Assembly (NCBI RefSeq): GCF_034931425.1 | Contig: NZ_JAYGHQ010000013.1 | Coordinates: 31,473-95,472 of the forward strand | Direction of reading: 5' to 3' | DNA length: 64,000 nucleotides | Origin: Crocosphaera sp. XPORK-15E | Lineage (GTDB): Bacteria; Cyanobacteriota; Cyanobacteriia; Cyanobacteriales; Microcystaceae | Shown: positions 1 to 9,674 of the stretch, one piece after another | Numbering within the stretch: the stretch's first letter is position 1 | Layout: the number at the start of each line of letters is the position of its first letter | Made by a program: the position numbers and the translations under genes | The notes under the pieces: model-generated | What the model saw: the letters and a program-made list of their open reading frames with translations, nothing else | The model's database searches: none | Told to the model about the DNA's origin: nothing

Positions 1-1512
1 CATCAACGCTTTGGGGGACTCTGGTAATTCTGGCACATCATAGCCATTCCCTTGTAAAGCTTTCATTACCTCGTAAATAGACCCAAATACGTCTAAATAC
101 GCGGCAGTCCCGACATTTCCCTTATCCGGTGGAAAGCTAAACACCGTAATAGCGACTTTTTTCTCTAATTTGGGTTTTTTCCGTAAATTAGTCCATTTCA
201 TCGCTCGTTGGGCCACTGCTTCGATCCGATCTTGCAGTGCGATCGCCCGTCCCGTATTGCCGTCCCGTCCTGATAAAATAATAGGTTCAATGGCCCCATC
301 TAACTCAGGTATAGCTATTTGTAGCGCAACTTGGATGGGATGTAACCCTAGATCACTTGCTTCCCATTCCTGGGTAGTTTGAAATACCAGGGGTAAGGCG
401 CACATATAGGGACGGTTGAGGCGTTTTAATGATTCTATCGCTTTGGGGTGATCTTGACGGGCTGGACCGCCTACTAAGGCAAACCCTGTCAATGATATTA
501 CCGTGTCTACAATAGGAAATGGTTCTACTCCTTTAACACTGTGATCCAAGAAATAAGCTTCTACAGGTTTAGAAAAGTCTAAACCTCCGGCAAAAACAGG
601 AATAACTCTTGCCCCCATAGACTCTAATTCTTGTACCATAGCAACATAATGAGCATCATCTCCAGTTACTAAGTGAGTCCGTTGTAATATTAATCCCACA
701 CAAGGGGCCAAAGGATCTTTTAATTCATCAGAAATATCAGTCCGACTGTTGAACCAGTTTAGATAAGAGGGGACATCTTCAAACATTTTCATGGATAAAG
801 GATGCCAAATTCCCATATCAAGATAAACTACCGGATCTTTATATTCAACCTTTTGATCCTTGAGTAATTCTTGATAGGAATACTTATGAGCCAACATTAA
901 CAGAAAGTTCTCTAAATTCTCAGATGAACCCCCTAACCAATATTGGAAACTTAACATAAAATTGCGAGCATCTTGGGCTTTTTCTACCGGAAGATACTTC
1001 AACACTTGAGGAAGTGTCCGCAATAGCTTTAACATGGCATCTTGGAAACCAGCCCCAGAATTTTCCTTCCGTTTCCGCATAAATTGGGCGATCGCACTTT
1101 TAGACTGTCCCAACTGGGCCATAGAAAAGCTGCCTAATTTATTAAGACGCATGACTTGGGGCATTGAGGGGAACACCACCACCGCATCTAGGTTATCACG
1201 ATGGGGTTTAACCGCGTCTACCACTTTATCCGCTAAGTCTTCAATGAAGATGAGAGAAGCGATAAATAAGTTAGCTTTAGCCACATCTCGCTTAAATTCT
1301 TCGTAATTTTCCGGGTTTCTGAGTTCTTCTATGAGATAACCACTAATTTCGATGGCTAAATTGGGATTATTCTTATTGATAGCATTAACGGCCGCCGAGA
1401 GAGAACTCTGATATTGAGGTTCTAACACGACATAGACCACCTTGAGTAAGGAACGACCATTAATTGCCTCTGGAACGATATGGCGAATGGTGGACTTGAC
1501 GTGAGTAAACAT
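1..1512 (-). CDS. chlH: Magnesium chelatase subunit H, N-terminal ~504 aa. 5'-partial in the window: the gene runs off the left edge and its C-terminus lies outside.
   Basis: The minus-strand ATG at 1510-1512 opens a frame that continues to position 1. The translation ([35 protein letters not shown]...[35 protein letters not shown]...) is near-identical to cyanobacterial ChlH. An AAGGAG lies upstream. It is absent from the ORF track only because no stop falls inside the window. Confidence 0.9.
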   Translation of the reverse strand, partial: MFTHVKSTIRHIVPEAINGRSLLKVVYVVLEPQYQSSLSAAVNAINKNNPNLAIEISGYLIEELRNPENYEEFKRDVAKANLFIASLIFIEDLADKVVDAVKPHRDNLDAVVVFPSMPQVMRLNKLGSFSMAQLGQSKSAIAQFMRKRKENSGAGFQDAMLKLLRTLPQVLKYLPVEKAQDARNFMLSFQYWLGGSSENLENFLLMLAHKYSYQELLKDQKVEYKDPVVYLDMGIWHPLSMKMFEDVPSYLNWFNSRTDISDELKDPLAPCVGLILQRTHLVTGDDAHYVAMVQELESMGARVIPVFAGGLDFSKPVEAYFLDHSVKGVEPFPIVDTVISLTGFALVGGPARQDHPKAIESLKRLNRPYMCALPLVFQTTQEWEASDLGLHPIQVALQIAIPELDGAIEPIILSGRDGNTGRAIALQDRIEAVAQRAMKWTNLRKKPKLEKKVAITVFSFPPDKGNVGTAAYLDVFGSIYEVMKALQGNGYDVPELPESPKALM

Positions 1513-1857
1513 CTATGATAATGCTCCTTAATTTTGATGATAGCCCAAACGGGTTATAAACAGTGCAACCCCTGAGAGGAGTTGGCAAAAAATGAAATAG
1601 GACTCCTCTGTGTTTGTAGCAGAAAATGACACCCGATTGATGGTTTAATCGATGATTTGACACATTTTGTAAAGAAACATGAAATATTTCGTTACAAATC
1701 TTGACAAATTGCCTGAGTGTATAGTCAAATTTTGCTTAATAAAAGTTATTTTATTAAGTATTGACAAAAATAACCTTAAATGTATCGGAAGTGTTAATGT
1801 TATAATTCTGATCAAATGATCTAACTTACTTTATTAAAAGCCGAAAAAACCTAGATT

Positions 1858-2673
1858 ATGGTAGATAGTAGTAGTTTTTCCTGGATTTTACCCCTTGCGG
1901 AAGAAGCTTATGCTAATCGTGAGGAAATATTAAGCAATTGGGAAAAATTTAAAACTCAATTAACAGGTAAACAGATTTCTATTGCAGTTACGGGATTACC
2001 AGGGGTAGGAAAAAGTGTATTATGTGACTACTTGAGTGAGAAGGCATATCAACGGAATTATTCAACTCCAGGAAAGTCCGAAGACTTAGAAAACAATAAT
2101 ATTGCTGCTAAAAATATTAAGATTCGTTTATCAACAATACCAGGACAAGATTCTCCTAATAAATTAGCTGCATTAGACGAAATTTTCCATGAAGAATATC
2201 CCATAGATGGGGTTATTCATGTTGTCGCTAATGGTTATTCTAGTCTTCGTTCTGCTTTTGCACAAGAATGGTATCAAGGAACAGATATTGAAGCATATCG
2301 TCAAGCACAGCTAAAAGTAGAAATTGATGATATAAGTGATATTTGTGAACGGATGAGAAAATCAATTAGAATAACAGGTAAGCCTAAATGGTTATTAGTT
2401 GCTGTTACCAAGATTGATTTATATTATGACACCATAGAACAAGCAAGAGATCGTTATCATGTAGGAGAGAGTGAATTTACTCGAAGAATAAGAAAATTAA
2501 GTAATCAAGTGGGGAGTGATAATTTTACTTGGGAGGTTTTACCCGTTTGTAGTATTCTAGATGATTTCAAATTAGGAGATACAATTTATCAATCCAAATT
2601 CAAAGAAAAGGAAAGAAATCATTATATTAATCAATTTCTTAAAAAAATTATAGCCATTAGTAAAGCATCATGA
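1858..2673 (+). CDS. Small P-loop GTPase of unknown family (TRAFAC class), first gene of a two-gene operon in an AT-rich islet
   Basis: 271-aa ORF. G1/Walker A is GLPGVGKS, a G3-like motif is LSTIPGQ, and G4 is VAVTKID. GC is very low relative to the flanks. Its stop overlaps the next start (ATGA at 2670-2673). Confidence 0.6.
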   Translation: MVDSSSFSWILPLAEEAYANREEILSNWEKFKTQLTGKQISIAVTGLPGVGKSVLCDYLSEKAYQRNYSTPGKSEDLENNNIAAKNIKIRLSTIPGQDSPNKLAALDEIFHEEYPIDGVIHVVANGYSSLRSAFAQEWYQGTDIEAYRQAQLKVEIDDISDICERMRKSIRITGKPKWLLVAVTKIDLYYDTIEQARDRYHVGESEFTRRIRKLSNQVGSDNFTWEVLPVCSILDDFKLGDTIYQSKFKEKERNHYINQFLKKIIAISKAS

Positions 2674-3281
2674 ACCCTCAATCTTCTGAACCCAATTATG
2701 AACTTGAGAAGCAACAAGATCAAGAACCATTATTTCCCTCTGAATATAGTTTACTTGCTAAAAGGAGATTATATCCTGAAGACGAAATTGAAAATTTACT
2801 AGAGTTTGCAGAAGATATAAAGAAAATATGTGATAATTATCTTGATAAATTAGAACAGCTAATGGTTTTAAGAGATCTCATTTTAGGATTTTTTGGATTT
2901 TTATATTGTCTCAGTCTTATTATAATCTATTTTTATATAGACGCTGAGTATCCTCCTTCCGGTTATTACAGTAAATTGTCATTTTTTATTCAAGTATTTA
3001 TAGCATTAAGCTCTTTGCTATTTTTTGTAATTACCATTGTTGCAATATCTTTAAATTCTCGGATTAATAAAATTAAAACCAAACTAAATTATGAGCAGAA
3101 TGTTCTTACACAAACAGTTGATTTAATAAGAGAAGCAATAGCTTTTATCGTTGTAAATAATGGATGGACAACAATTCAAGAGATTGAATTTAAAATTAGA
3201 TTATCAAGATTTAATACAGGTACATATAAAATGCCTCAAAGTGTTCTTAAAGAAATTCTTTCTCCTAAATCTAGAAAATGA
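2670..3281 (+). CDS. Two-TM membrane protein, translationally coupled to the upstream GTPase
   Basis: 203-aa ORF. It has an acidic N-terminal region and two hydrophobic helices (LILGFFGFLYCLSLIIIYFYI and FIQVFIALSSLLFFVITIVAISL). Its ATG overlaps the GTPase TGA by 4 nt. Confidence 0.55.
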   Translation: MNPQSSEPNYELEKQQDQEPLFPSEYSLLAKRRLYPEDEIENLLEFAEDIKKICDNYLDKLEQLMVLRDLILGFFGFLYCLSLIIIYFYIDAEYPPSGYYSKLSFFIQVFIALSSLLFFVITIVAISLNSRINKIKTKLNYEQNVLTQTVDLIREAIAFIVVNNGWTTIQEIEFKIRLSRFNTGTYKMPQSVLKEILSPKSRK

Positions 3282-3316
3282 TTGACATTTAAAAGTATAT
3301 TAAAAAATATTCTTAT

Positions 3317-3505
3317 TTGGTTGAATTTTCTACAGAAGATGATGCTTATCTAGCGAAATGTTTGGAATTGGGAATTATGGCACATGGAGATAGTCAAGAA
3401 GAAACAATTCAAGAAATTAAAGAAGCAGTTAGGGTTCATTTATTGATGTTAATTGAAGATGGGGAGAAAATTCCTCAACCGAAATCAATGGTAGTTGAGT
3501 TATAA
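3317..3505 (+). CDS. HicB-like (UPF0150) antitoxin, short or orphan, with a TTG start
   Basis: 62-aa ORF. The motif YLAKCLELGIMAHGDSQEETIQEIKEAVRVHL resembles the HicB/UPF0150 core. No HicA partner is seen adjacent. Confidence 0.45.
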   Translation: MVEFSTEDDAYLAKCLELGIMAHGDSQEETIQEIKEAVRVHLLMLIEDGEKIPQPKSMVVEL

Positions 3506-3584
3506 TTAATGTAAGTATATAAATACAAAATGGGGCTAAATTTTATGCAAAAACTTTACTTAAAAGAAGCGAATAATCAATTAG
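3477..3584. repeat. 108-bp direct repeat, copy 1. Covers the 3' end of the hicB-like ORF, the intergenic spacer and the first 14 codons of vapB.
   Basis: Copy 2 at 4158-4265 (offset 681 bp) differs by about 5 mismatches. Confidence 0.8.
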
Positions 3585-3772
3585 AGGAACTAATTAAAAA
3601 AGCATCTCAAGGAGAAGAAGTGATTATTATTAGTGATGATGGGGAATGTTTTCAAATTCTACCTCTGAAGTCAAAAAAACCTCGTCCAAAATTTGGAAGT
3701 GCTAAAGGTTTGATTGAAATGTCAGATGATTTTGATGAACCTTTAACAGATTTTGAAAATTACGAACCATGA
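3530..3772 (+). CDS. vapB: VapB-type antitoxin of the cyanobacterial FGSAKG...DFDEPL family
   Basis: 80-aa ORF. Its C-terminal motif PKFGSAKGLIEMSDDFDEPLTDFENY is typical of antitoxins paired with PIN toxins. It overlaps the next gene by 4 nt. Confidence 0.7.
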   Translation: MGLNFMQKLYLKEANNQLEELIKKASQGEEVIIISDDGECFQILPLKSKKPRPKFGSAKGLIEMSDDFDEPLTDFENYEP

Positions 3773-4155
3773 AATTATTACTTGACACTCATACTTTTCT
3801 TTGGTTTATTGATGGAAGTTCAAATCTGAGTCAGACAGCAAGACAGTTAATTGAAAATGAAGATAACCAGCGTTTTGTAAGTATTGCTAGTTTATGGGAA
3901 ATAGCAATTAAAGTTAGTATTGGTAAGCTTAAATTAGGAGTATCATTGCCTGATCTAGTAAAGCAACAGGTCTATGATAATGATATAGAATTGCTTGCAA
4001 TTAGTCCTGAGCATTTAGATATATTAAGAAAGCTAGATTTTCATCATAAAGATCCCTTTGATCGCTTGATCATTTCACAAAGTATAGTAGAGAAAATGAC
4101 AATCATCACTAAAGATACTGCGTTTATTAGTTATTCTGTTCAGATTTTATGGTGA
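3769..4155 (+). CDS. vapC: PIN-domain toxin VapC
   Basis: 128-aa ORF with MKLLLDTHTFLWF..., SLWEIAIK and HHKDPFDRLIISQS, which are PIN acidic-residue motifs. Confidence 0.85.
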   Translation: MKLLLDTHTFLWFIDGSSNLSQTARQLIENEDNQRFVSIASLWEIAIKVSIGKLKLGVSLPDLVKQQVYDNDIELLAISPEHLDILRKLDFHHKDPFDRLIISQSIVEKMTIITKDTAFISYSVQILW

Positions 4156-4157
4156 TT

Positions 4158-4265
4158 AACCGAAATCAATGGTAGTTGAGTTATAATTAATGTAAGTATA
4201 TAAATACAAAATTGGACTAAATTTTATGTAAAAACTTTACTTAAAAGAAGCGAACAATCAATTAG
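4158..4265. repeat. 108-bp direct repeat, copy 2. The duplicated vapB start is disrupted (ATGCAA becomes ATGTAA).
   Basis: About 95% identical to 3477-3584. Confidence 0.8.
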
Positions 4266-4370
4266 TTGATCTGTTCGTAAACAACGGACAGCTAATCTAA
4301 TTTTAGGATAAAGCGGATGATTTCTGTCAGCAAAACGCAATAAGACGTTGGTATCAACTAAATAAATCAC
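4224..4370 (-). pseudogene. Decayed N-terminal fragment of a second PIN-domain (VapC-like) gene
   Basis: The minus-strand frame reads (V)IYLVDTNVLLRFADRNHPLYPKIRLAVRCL..., a typical PIN N-terminus. It has no proper start, is under 50 codons and runs into repeat copy 2. Confidence 0.35.
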
Positions 4371-4431
4371 AATTAGAGATGATCCTCATAAATTCCTGCA
4401 CGACTTACCCCATAATCCGATGGTTAAAGAA

Positions 4432-5028
4432 TTATATAACAGGTATATCTAAAATAAAATCATGTAACACATCTTCCCCCGATAAATTACCAGGAAGAGA
4501 TACAATTTCTTTATCTTGATTTAGGCGATAAATTTCTACTTGTTGCTGTTGGGGATTAATTAACCATCCTAACCGTAACCCTGCATCAAGATATTCCGCC
4601 ATTTTCTCTTGTAAGTCTTCTAAATTATCGGTTCGTGAACGCAATTCTAGCACAAAATCAGGGCATAAAGGAGGAAATTTTTCTTGTTCTTCGTCTGTTA
4701 AACTATCCCATCTTTCTAATTTAACCCATGCCACATCAGGGGAACGTTTTCCCCCATTAGGTAAACGAAAAACCGTTGAAGAACTAAAGACGATTCCTAA
4801 TTTTGTTTGTTCATTCCATAACCATATTTTACTAATTAATCTGGCTTCTCGACTACCACTTTTTCCACCTAATGGGGACATAATCAATAATTCTCCTTTA
4901 GACGTTAATTCCAATCGCCATGCTTGATTGACTTGGCAAAGTTGATAAAATTCTTCATCGGTGAGTTGAACGGGTTTTACATTAAGCGTGATGGTGTTCA
5001 TTATTGAATTATTAATTGTGAATATCAA
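4432..5028 (-). CDS. Uma2-family (DUF820) restriction-endonuclease-like protein
   Basis: 198 aa. Motifs such as ELLIMSPLGGKSG...PDVAWV...PDFVLEL match the Uma2 family, which is abundant in cyanobacteria. Confidence 0.8.
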   Translation of the reverse strand: MIFTINNSIMNTITLNVKPVQLTDEEFYQLCQVNQAWRLELTSKGELLIMSPLGGKSGSREARLISKIWLWNEQTKLGIVFSSSTVFRLPNGGKRSPDVAWVKLERWDSLTDEEQEKFPPLCPDFVLELRSRTDNLEDLQEKMAEYLDAGLRLGWLINPQQQQVEIYRLNQDKEIVSLPGNLSGEDVLHDFILDIPVI

Positions 5029-5090
5029 TAGCTATTGTTCACAGTGCTATTTTAGTGCATTTTTACAAATTGAAAATGATTCAAAACTAA

Positions 5091-6536
5091 TCAAGAAAGT
5101 CTAGCATTAACCACTTGATCACGTCCTTGTTTTTTCGCTTTAAATAAAGCATCATCCGCACTATCAATTAAACATTTAAGATCTAATTCTAAGGAAGGAA
5201 TCATCGTTGCTACTCCTAAACTCATGGTGACATAGGGTTGGGCATCTGAGGCTTTATGAGGTATATTTAAGGCACGAATCCCTTCTAAAATGCGCTGGGC
5301 CACTTGTGTTGCCCCTTCATGGGGGGTATCAGGCAAAATAACTGCAAATTCTTCTCCTCCATAACGAGCGACTAGATCAGCAGGACGTAAGGCCGTACTA
5401 GCGATCGCCCCTGCCACGTTTTTCAGACAATCATCTCCCCCTAAATGGCCATAAGTATCATTGTACCGTTTGAAATAGTCAATATCTCCTAAAATCAAGG
5501 ATAAGGGTTTTTTCTCCCTTGCTAAACGTCGCCATTCTTGTTCTAAGGTTTCATCAAAACAACGACGGTTGGCAACTTCGGTTAAGCCATCAAGATTAGC
5601 TAACCGATGTAATTTATGATTAAGATCGTGCAATTCTCGGTTCATTTTGTTGAGAGATGCTTCATATCTTTGTTGTTCTTCTTCCGCACGTTTCCTAGTA
5701 GTAACATCCGTTTGTACTCCAATATAATAAATGACTTTTTCTGATTTATCAAGAACAGGAGATAAAGACACTTCATTCCAAAATAAAGAACCATCTTTGC
5801 GATAATTTCTGAGGATAAAACAGCAACCTTGTCCCTCTCGAAGACATTGACGTATTTGTTCTATTTGTGGTTGATGGCGATCGCTTCCTTGTAAAAAACG
5901 GCAATTTTTTCCTTTAACTTCTTCTAAAGAATATCCTGTCATTTTTTCAAACCCAGGATTAACATAAATAATGGGATAATCAGAATGAGTAGCATCAACA
6001 ATAATAATTCCATTATGAGTTGCCGCCACTGCTTGATGTAATAAGTAGGCTTCAATTTGGGGTTGAGAATAAAATTGTTGAGCAGATTCTGTTAATTTTA
6101 ATTGTCGTTTTAGCTGACTATTATTGCCTTTTAATTTTTGACTAGACAAACTAATTTTTACTTGATTTTCAACCCTAGCCAAAACTTCCTCAAGTTGATA
6201 AGGTTTGGTAATATAATCTACGCCACCCATTTCAAAAGCCTTAACTTTTTCCCCGATTTGATCGAAAGCACTAAGGAAAATAACCGGAATTTCAACCGTA
6301 TTTGTCTTGGCTTTTAATTGTTGACAAACCTGATAACCATCTAGCTGAGGAAGTTTAATATCTAATAACATTAAATCAGGGGGTTGGGTTTCCGCCGCAA
6401 GTAAGGCCATTTCTCCATCAATGGCTTGTCTAACATGATATCCTTGATCTTTGAGAATATTGGAGAGTAATCGTAAATTATCAAGTTGATCTTCGACAAT
6501 TAAAATATTAGCTTGATAGGGAGTTTGTGTCTTCAT
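5091..6536 (-). CDS. Response regulator with REC, PAS and GGDEF domains (diguanylate cyclase)
   Basis: 481 aa. The N-terminal receiver has LIVEDQ...DLMLLDIKLP, a PAS region follows, and the C-terminus carries RYGGEEFAVILPDT. It overlaps the upstream kinase gene by 4 nt. Confidence 0.85.
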   Translation of the reverse strand: MKTQTPYQANILIVEDQLDNLRLLSNILKDQGYHVRQAIDGEMALLAAETQPPDLMLLDIKLPQLDGYQVCQQLKAKTNTVEIPVIFLSAFDQIGEKVKAFEMGGVDYITKPYQLEEVLARVENQVKISLSSQKLKGNNSQLKRQLKLTESAQQFYSQPQIEAYLLHQAVAATHNGIIIVDATHSDYPIIYVNPGFEKMTGYSLEEVKGKNCRFLQGSDRHQPQIEQIRQCLREGQGCCFILRNYRKDGSLFWNEVSLSPVLDKSEKVIYYIGVQTDVTTRKRAEEEQQRYEASLNKMNRELHDLNHKLHRLANLDGLTEVANRRCFDETLEQEWRRLAREKKPLSLILGDIDYFKRYNDTYGHLGGDDCLKNVAGAIASTALRPADLVARYGGEEFAVILPDTPHEGATQVAQRILEGIRALNIPHKASDAQPYVTMSLGVATMIPSLELDLKCLIDSADDALFKAKKQGRDQVVNARLS

Positions 6537-9106
6537 GATTCATTAATTAAAGGTTGAGTAAGTTCTCGAATTTGACGAAAATTAAAGTAATTAACTAACT
6601 CAGTCATTCCGATAGCAACAGTAATCTGTTGATGAGGAATTTGTTGAATTAATTGGTACAAACTTTTACTATCTCCAGCACTCGCTGCCCAATCAACTTG
6701 ATTAATCCAGTCTAGAGGCATCATCCCTAAAGATGATGGAGTTAAACTAATAGATAAATTATCTTCATTCTTTGTTTCCATTTCTTCATTTTCGTAATCA
6801 TATTTCACTCCCAAATGTAGTTTGATTTTATTCAGTAATCGCTCAATTTCAAAAGGTTTATACAAAATATCATCACAAACTGAAGCTAATCTATTAATTT
6901 GATCGTTTTCTAAAGTACCTGAAGAAATTGCAATAATAATTGTCTGATTTTTTTGCGTTAAATCCTTAATTTGTTGAATTGTTTGATAGCCATCCATAAC
7001 AGGCATACGAGTATCCATGAAAATTAAATTAGGTCGCCAATTAAACCAAATATCTAAGGCTTCTTGCCCATTACTAGCTTCTTGCACTTCAAACCCAATA
7101 GGCTCTAAAAATTTCATTAATAACTGTCGATTTTCTTTTTGATCATCTACAATTAAAATACGATAATTTGCTTGATTAGGGGCTAGTCTAACTACTTGTC
7201 TAGTTGCTGTAATTGGCGGCATATCTTGTTCTTCAGGAAGAATAACAGGCAAATAAAACTGAATAATTGTGCCTTGATTAACTTGACTATTCAAATATAT
7301 TTTACCCCCCATTAAATGCACTAATTTTTTAGTAATTGATAAGCCTAATCCTGCTCCTTGGGTGGGAATTCCTCGGAAAAAGGGTTCAAATACTTTTTGT
7401 TGTATGTCTAAAGGAATTCCACAGCCTGTATCCTCCACTTCAATCCAAATAATATGTTGTGAAGAATCATTATTATTGCTGATTTCATCTAATGTCCATG
7501 ATTGATTATTACTGACTAATCGTAAGGTAATACTGCCCTTATCTGTAAATTTTATTGCATTATCTAAAAGATTAATTAATATTTGTCTTAATTTATTTTC
7601 ATCGGTTTTAATATAGGTGGGAACTTCGGGATCAATATCAAGGATTAGCTGTAAATTTTTGCTCTGAGCTTTAAGCTTTAACATTTCAATAATTGGCTCA
7701 ATTAGTTTTTTCAAATTAAAGGAAGTTGAATTAACAAAATCTGAACCGACTTCTAATTTTGAAATTTCTAAAATATCGTTAAACAAGGTCAATAAATATT
7801 CCCCACTACGACGCATAATGGTTAAATTTTCTCGTTGTTCTAGGGTCAAGGTGCGATCTCGATTGAGTAATTCAAGAAATCCTAAAATAATATTGAGAGG
7901 GGTACGCAATTCATGACTCATTTGCCCCAATAATTCATTTTTTCCCTGATTAGTAGCTTCTAATTGAGCCGTTCTTTGCTTCACCTTTTCTTCTAATTCT
8001 TCAGTGGTTTTAATGAGTTCAGCCGTTCTTTCTTTTATTAATTGTTCAACTCTTTTTTTGTCTGCTAAAGTTGTGCCTAAATAAATAGTTACCAAAGTAG
8101 TTAATCCTAATCCTAACAGAAAAATTAGCCCTGATCTGACCAAAATAGGAAATAAATTAATATCAGGAATTATGATTAATGACCATTGACGATCCGCAAC
8201 CTGTAGTGATCGCTGACAATTTAATGATTTTTGACAGCTAGATGGCAAATTTAAAGTAATATCTTCAGACTTTTTAAACCGTTTAGATTGAGCATCAAAC
8301 TTTAAAAAAATACCACTATTTTTGGTTGGCTCTTGCTCAATTAAATAAAAGCTAAGATCGTAATTAGGTAAATGCTTCAACGTCATTTTTATTAAGTCTT
8401 CAAGTCGATAAACTGTATAAGCAGTTCCCCTAAATTCTTGATGGCGTTGTGCGATGTTATCTACTTGGCTACCACGACTATAAATGGGATAGTAAAGAAC
8501 AAATCCTGTTTCCCCATTAATAAGAGTAATCGGTTCACTGGCTGTAATTTTTCCCGTATTTCTTGCTTTTTGCAGAGGCATATTTAAGCTTTCTGTTGAC
8601 CCCAAGTTTAAACCAATTACTGATTGATAAAAAGGTTTAGGTTCTCCATAAGTAACCGGAAAATATTCGGTTTTATTTTCCAGGGGCTGACCATCTTTTG
8701 CCCATATCGTAAAATCAGGAAATCCCTGAGATTTCATCATTTTTTCATAAAGAGAACGTTCTTTTTGGGAAATTAAAGGGGCCCATGCCATGCCAAAAAT
8801 TCCTGAATACTCATTTAAAAAAGGTGTCGTAAAAGCCTGAAAATCTTTATTAGTTACTTCATCGGATGCCTCATAAAAAATCCCTAAAGCCTTCGTCACT
8901 TGAGTATATTCTTGAAGATGTTGTTGAATATGTTGGACAATGTGATCTCCTTTTGCTTCAAATGCCTTTTTAGCTTGATCTAATTCGAGATTCCAACCCA
9001 TCCAAGCAGCGATGACCGAAATTCCCCCCCCGATACATAAACTAATACCTAGGGGAAGATAGGAATGAAAACGGGAGAACGGATCTGTCATCAAAAAGAA
9101 CCACAA
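6533..9106 (-). CDS. Hybrid sensor histidine kinase with an N-terminal CHASE sensor, HisKA, HATPase and a C-terminal receiver
   Basis: 857 aa. There are TM segments flanking a periplasmic CHASE-like domain, an H-box MSHELRTPLNIILGF, an ATPase G-box DTGCGI...GLGLSI, and a receiver ILIVDDQKENR...FMDTRMPVMDG. Confidence 0.85.
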   Translation of the reverse strand: MWFFLMTDPFSRFHSYLPLGISLCIGGGISVIAAWMGWNLELDQAKKAFEAKGDHIVQHIQQHLQEYTQVTKALGIFYEASDEVTNKDFQAFTTPFLNEYSGIFGMAWAPLISQKERSLYEKMMKSQGFPDFTIWAKDGQPLENKTEYFPVTYGEPKPFYQSVIGLNLGSTESLNMPLQKARNTGKITASEPITLINGETGFVLYYPIYSRGSQVDNIAQRHQEFRGTAYTVYRLEDLIKMTLKHLPNYDLSFYLIEQEPTKNSGIFLKFDAQSKRFKKSEDITLNLPSSCQKSLNCQRSLQVADRQWSLIIIPDINLFPILVRSGLIFLLGLGLTTLVTIYLGTTLADKKRVEQLIKERTAELIKTTEELEEKVKQRTAQLEATNQGKNELLGQMSHELRTPLNIILGFLELLNRDRTLTLEQRENLTIMRRSGEYLLTLFNDILEISKLEVGSDFVNSTSFNLKKLIEPIIEMLKLKAQSKNLQLILDIDPEVPTYIKTDENKLRQILINLLDNAIKFTDKGSITLRLVSNNQSWTLDEISNNNDSSQHIIWIEVEDTGCGIPLDIQQKVFEPFFRGIPTQGAGLGLSITKKLVHLMGGKIYLNSQVNQGTIIQFYLPVILPEEQDMPPITATRQVVRLAPNQANYRILIVDDQKENRQLLMKFLEPIGFEVQEASNGQEALDIWFNWRPNLIFMDTRMPVMDGYQTIQQIKDLTQKNQTIIIAISSGTLENDQINRLASVCDDILYKPFEIERLLNKIKLHLGVKYDYENEEMETKNEDNLSISLTPSSLGMMPLDWINQVDWAASAGDSKSLYQLIQQIPHQQITVAIGMTELVNYFNFRQIRELTQPLINES

Positions 9107-9387
9107 GCGTAAAGATTTAACAGCGAGTCAGCGATCGCCCTTGAGTGAAGTCTTCCCAATGACGACAATCAGAACAATCAGGGATATTTTGTAGATTAGC
9201 TCAGTTTAGTGGGTTATTGCTTAGGCAATTCTGCGGATCTCTTGGGCTGTTTTTTTGCAAAATTCCGTGATTCTACCCTTCGCCTTGATGTCCTACTCTC
9301 TTTGAGAATGGACTTGTTTGTAAAGATTTTTTATATTATATTAAGAACAGTGACTAAAATAAAACAGTGAATTAGAGGAATTTTTTC

Positions 9388-9576
9388 ATGCCCTATACAA
9401 CGGAAGAAGGCGGACGTTTAAACAACTTTGCGGCAGAACCAAAAGTCTATGAGGCTACGCCCCCCACCAAGTCCCAACAACGTAACTACATTATCCTGGG
9501 AGTTGCCGCTTTGTTGTTAGTCGGTGGTTTATTGACTGTTGCGGTGTATGCTTCCTCTAATGTGGGTGTTAGCTAA
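9388..9576 (+). CDS. Small single-pass thylakoid/membrane protein, possibly Psb34-like
   Basis: 62 aa. The N-terminus is TTEEGGRLNNFAAEPKVY, followed by one hydrophobic helix IILGVAALLLVGGLLTVAVYA. The Psb34 assignment comes from memory of the family and is not verified. Confidence 0.45.
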   Translation: MPYTTEEGGRLNNFAAEPKVYEATPPTKSQQRNYIILGVAALLLVGGLLTVAVYASSNVGVS

Positions 9577-9603
9577 CTACGCTATCACCACTCATCATAA
9601 CAA

Positions 9604-9645
9604 AAGCCACCCCTGAATCTATTATAGAGGTGGCTTAATTTATTG
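9604..9645. terminator. Candidate bidirectional terminator between convergent genes
   Basis: An 8-bp stem AAGCCACC/GGTGGCTT with a 17-nt loop is followed by AATTTATTG. Confidence 0.35.
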
Positions 9646-9674
9646 TTGTGATTGCCGTCAAACTTTTAGACAGC

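Noticed and set aside
170-1663. Track ORFs 170-382(+), 1034-1306(+) and 1460-1663(-)
   Set aside because: All lie within or overlap the strongly supported minus-strand chlH frame or its start region. Their products are low-complexity.
1700-1810. Promoter -35/-10 pairs (TTGACA at 1701 and at 1762) upstream of the GTPase gene
   Set aside because: The spacings to the nearest TATAAT-like hexamers are about 13 and about 32 bp, not 16-19 bp. They are not convincing enough to call.
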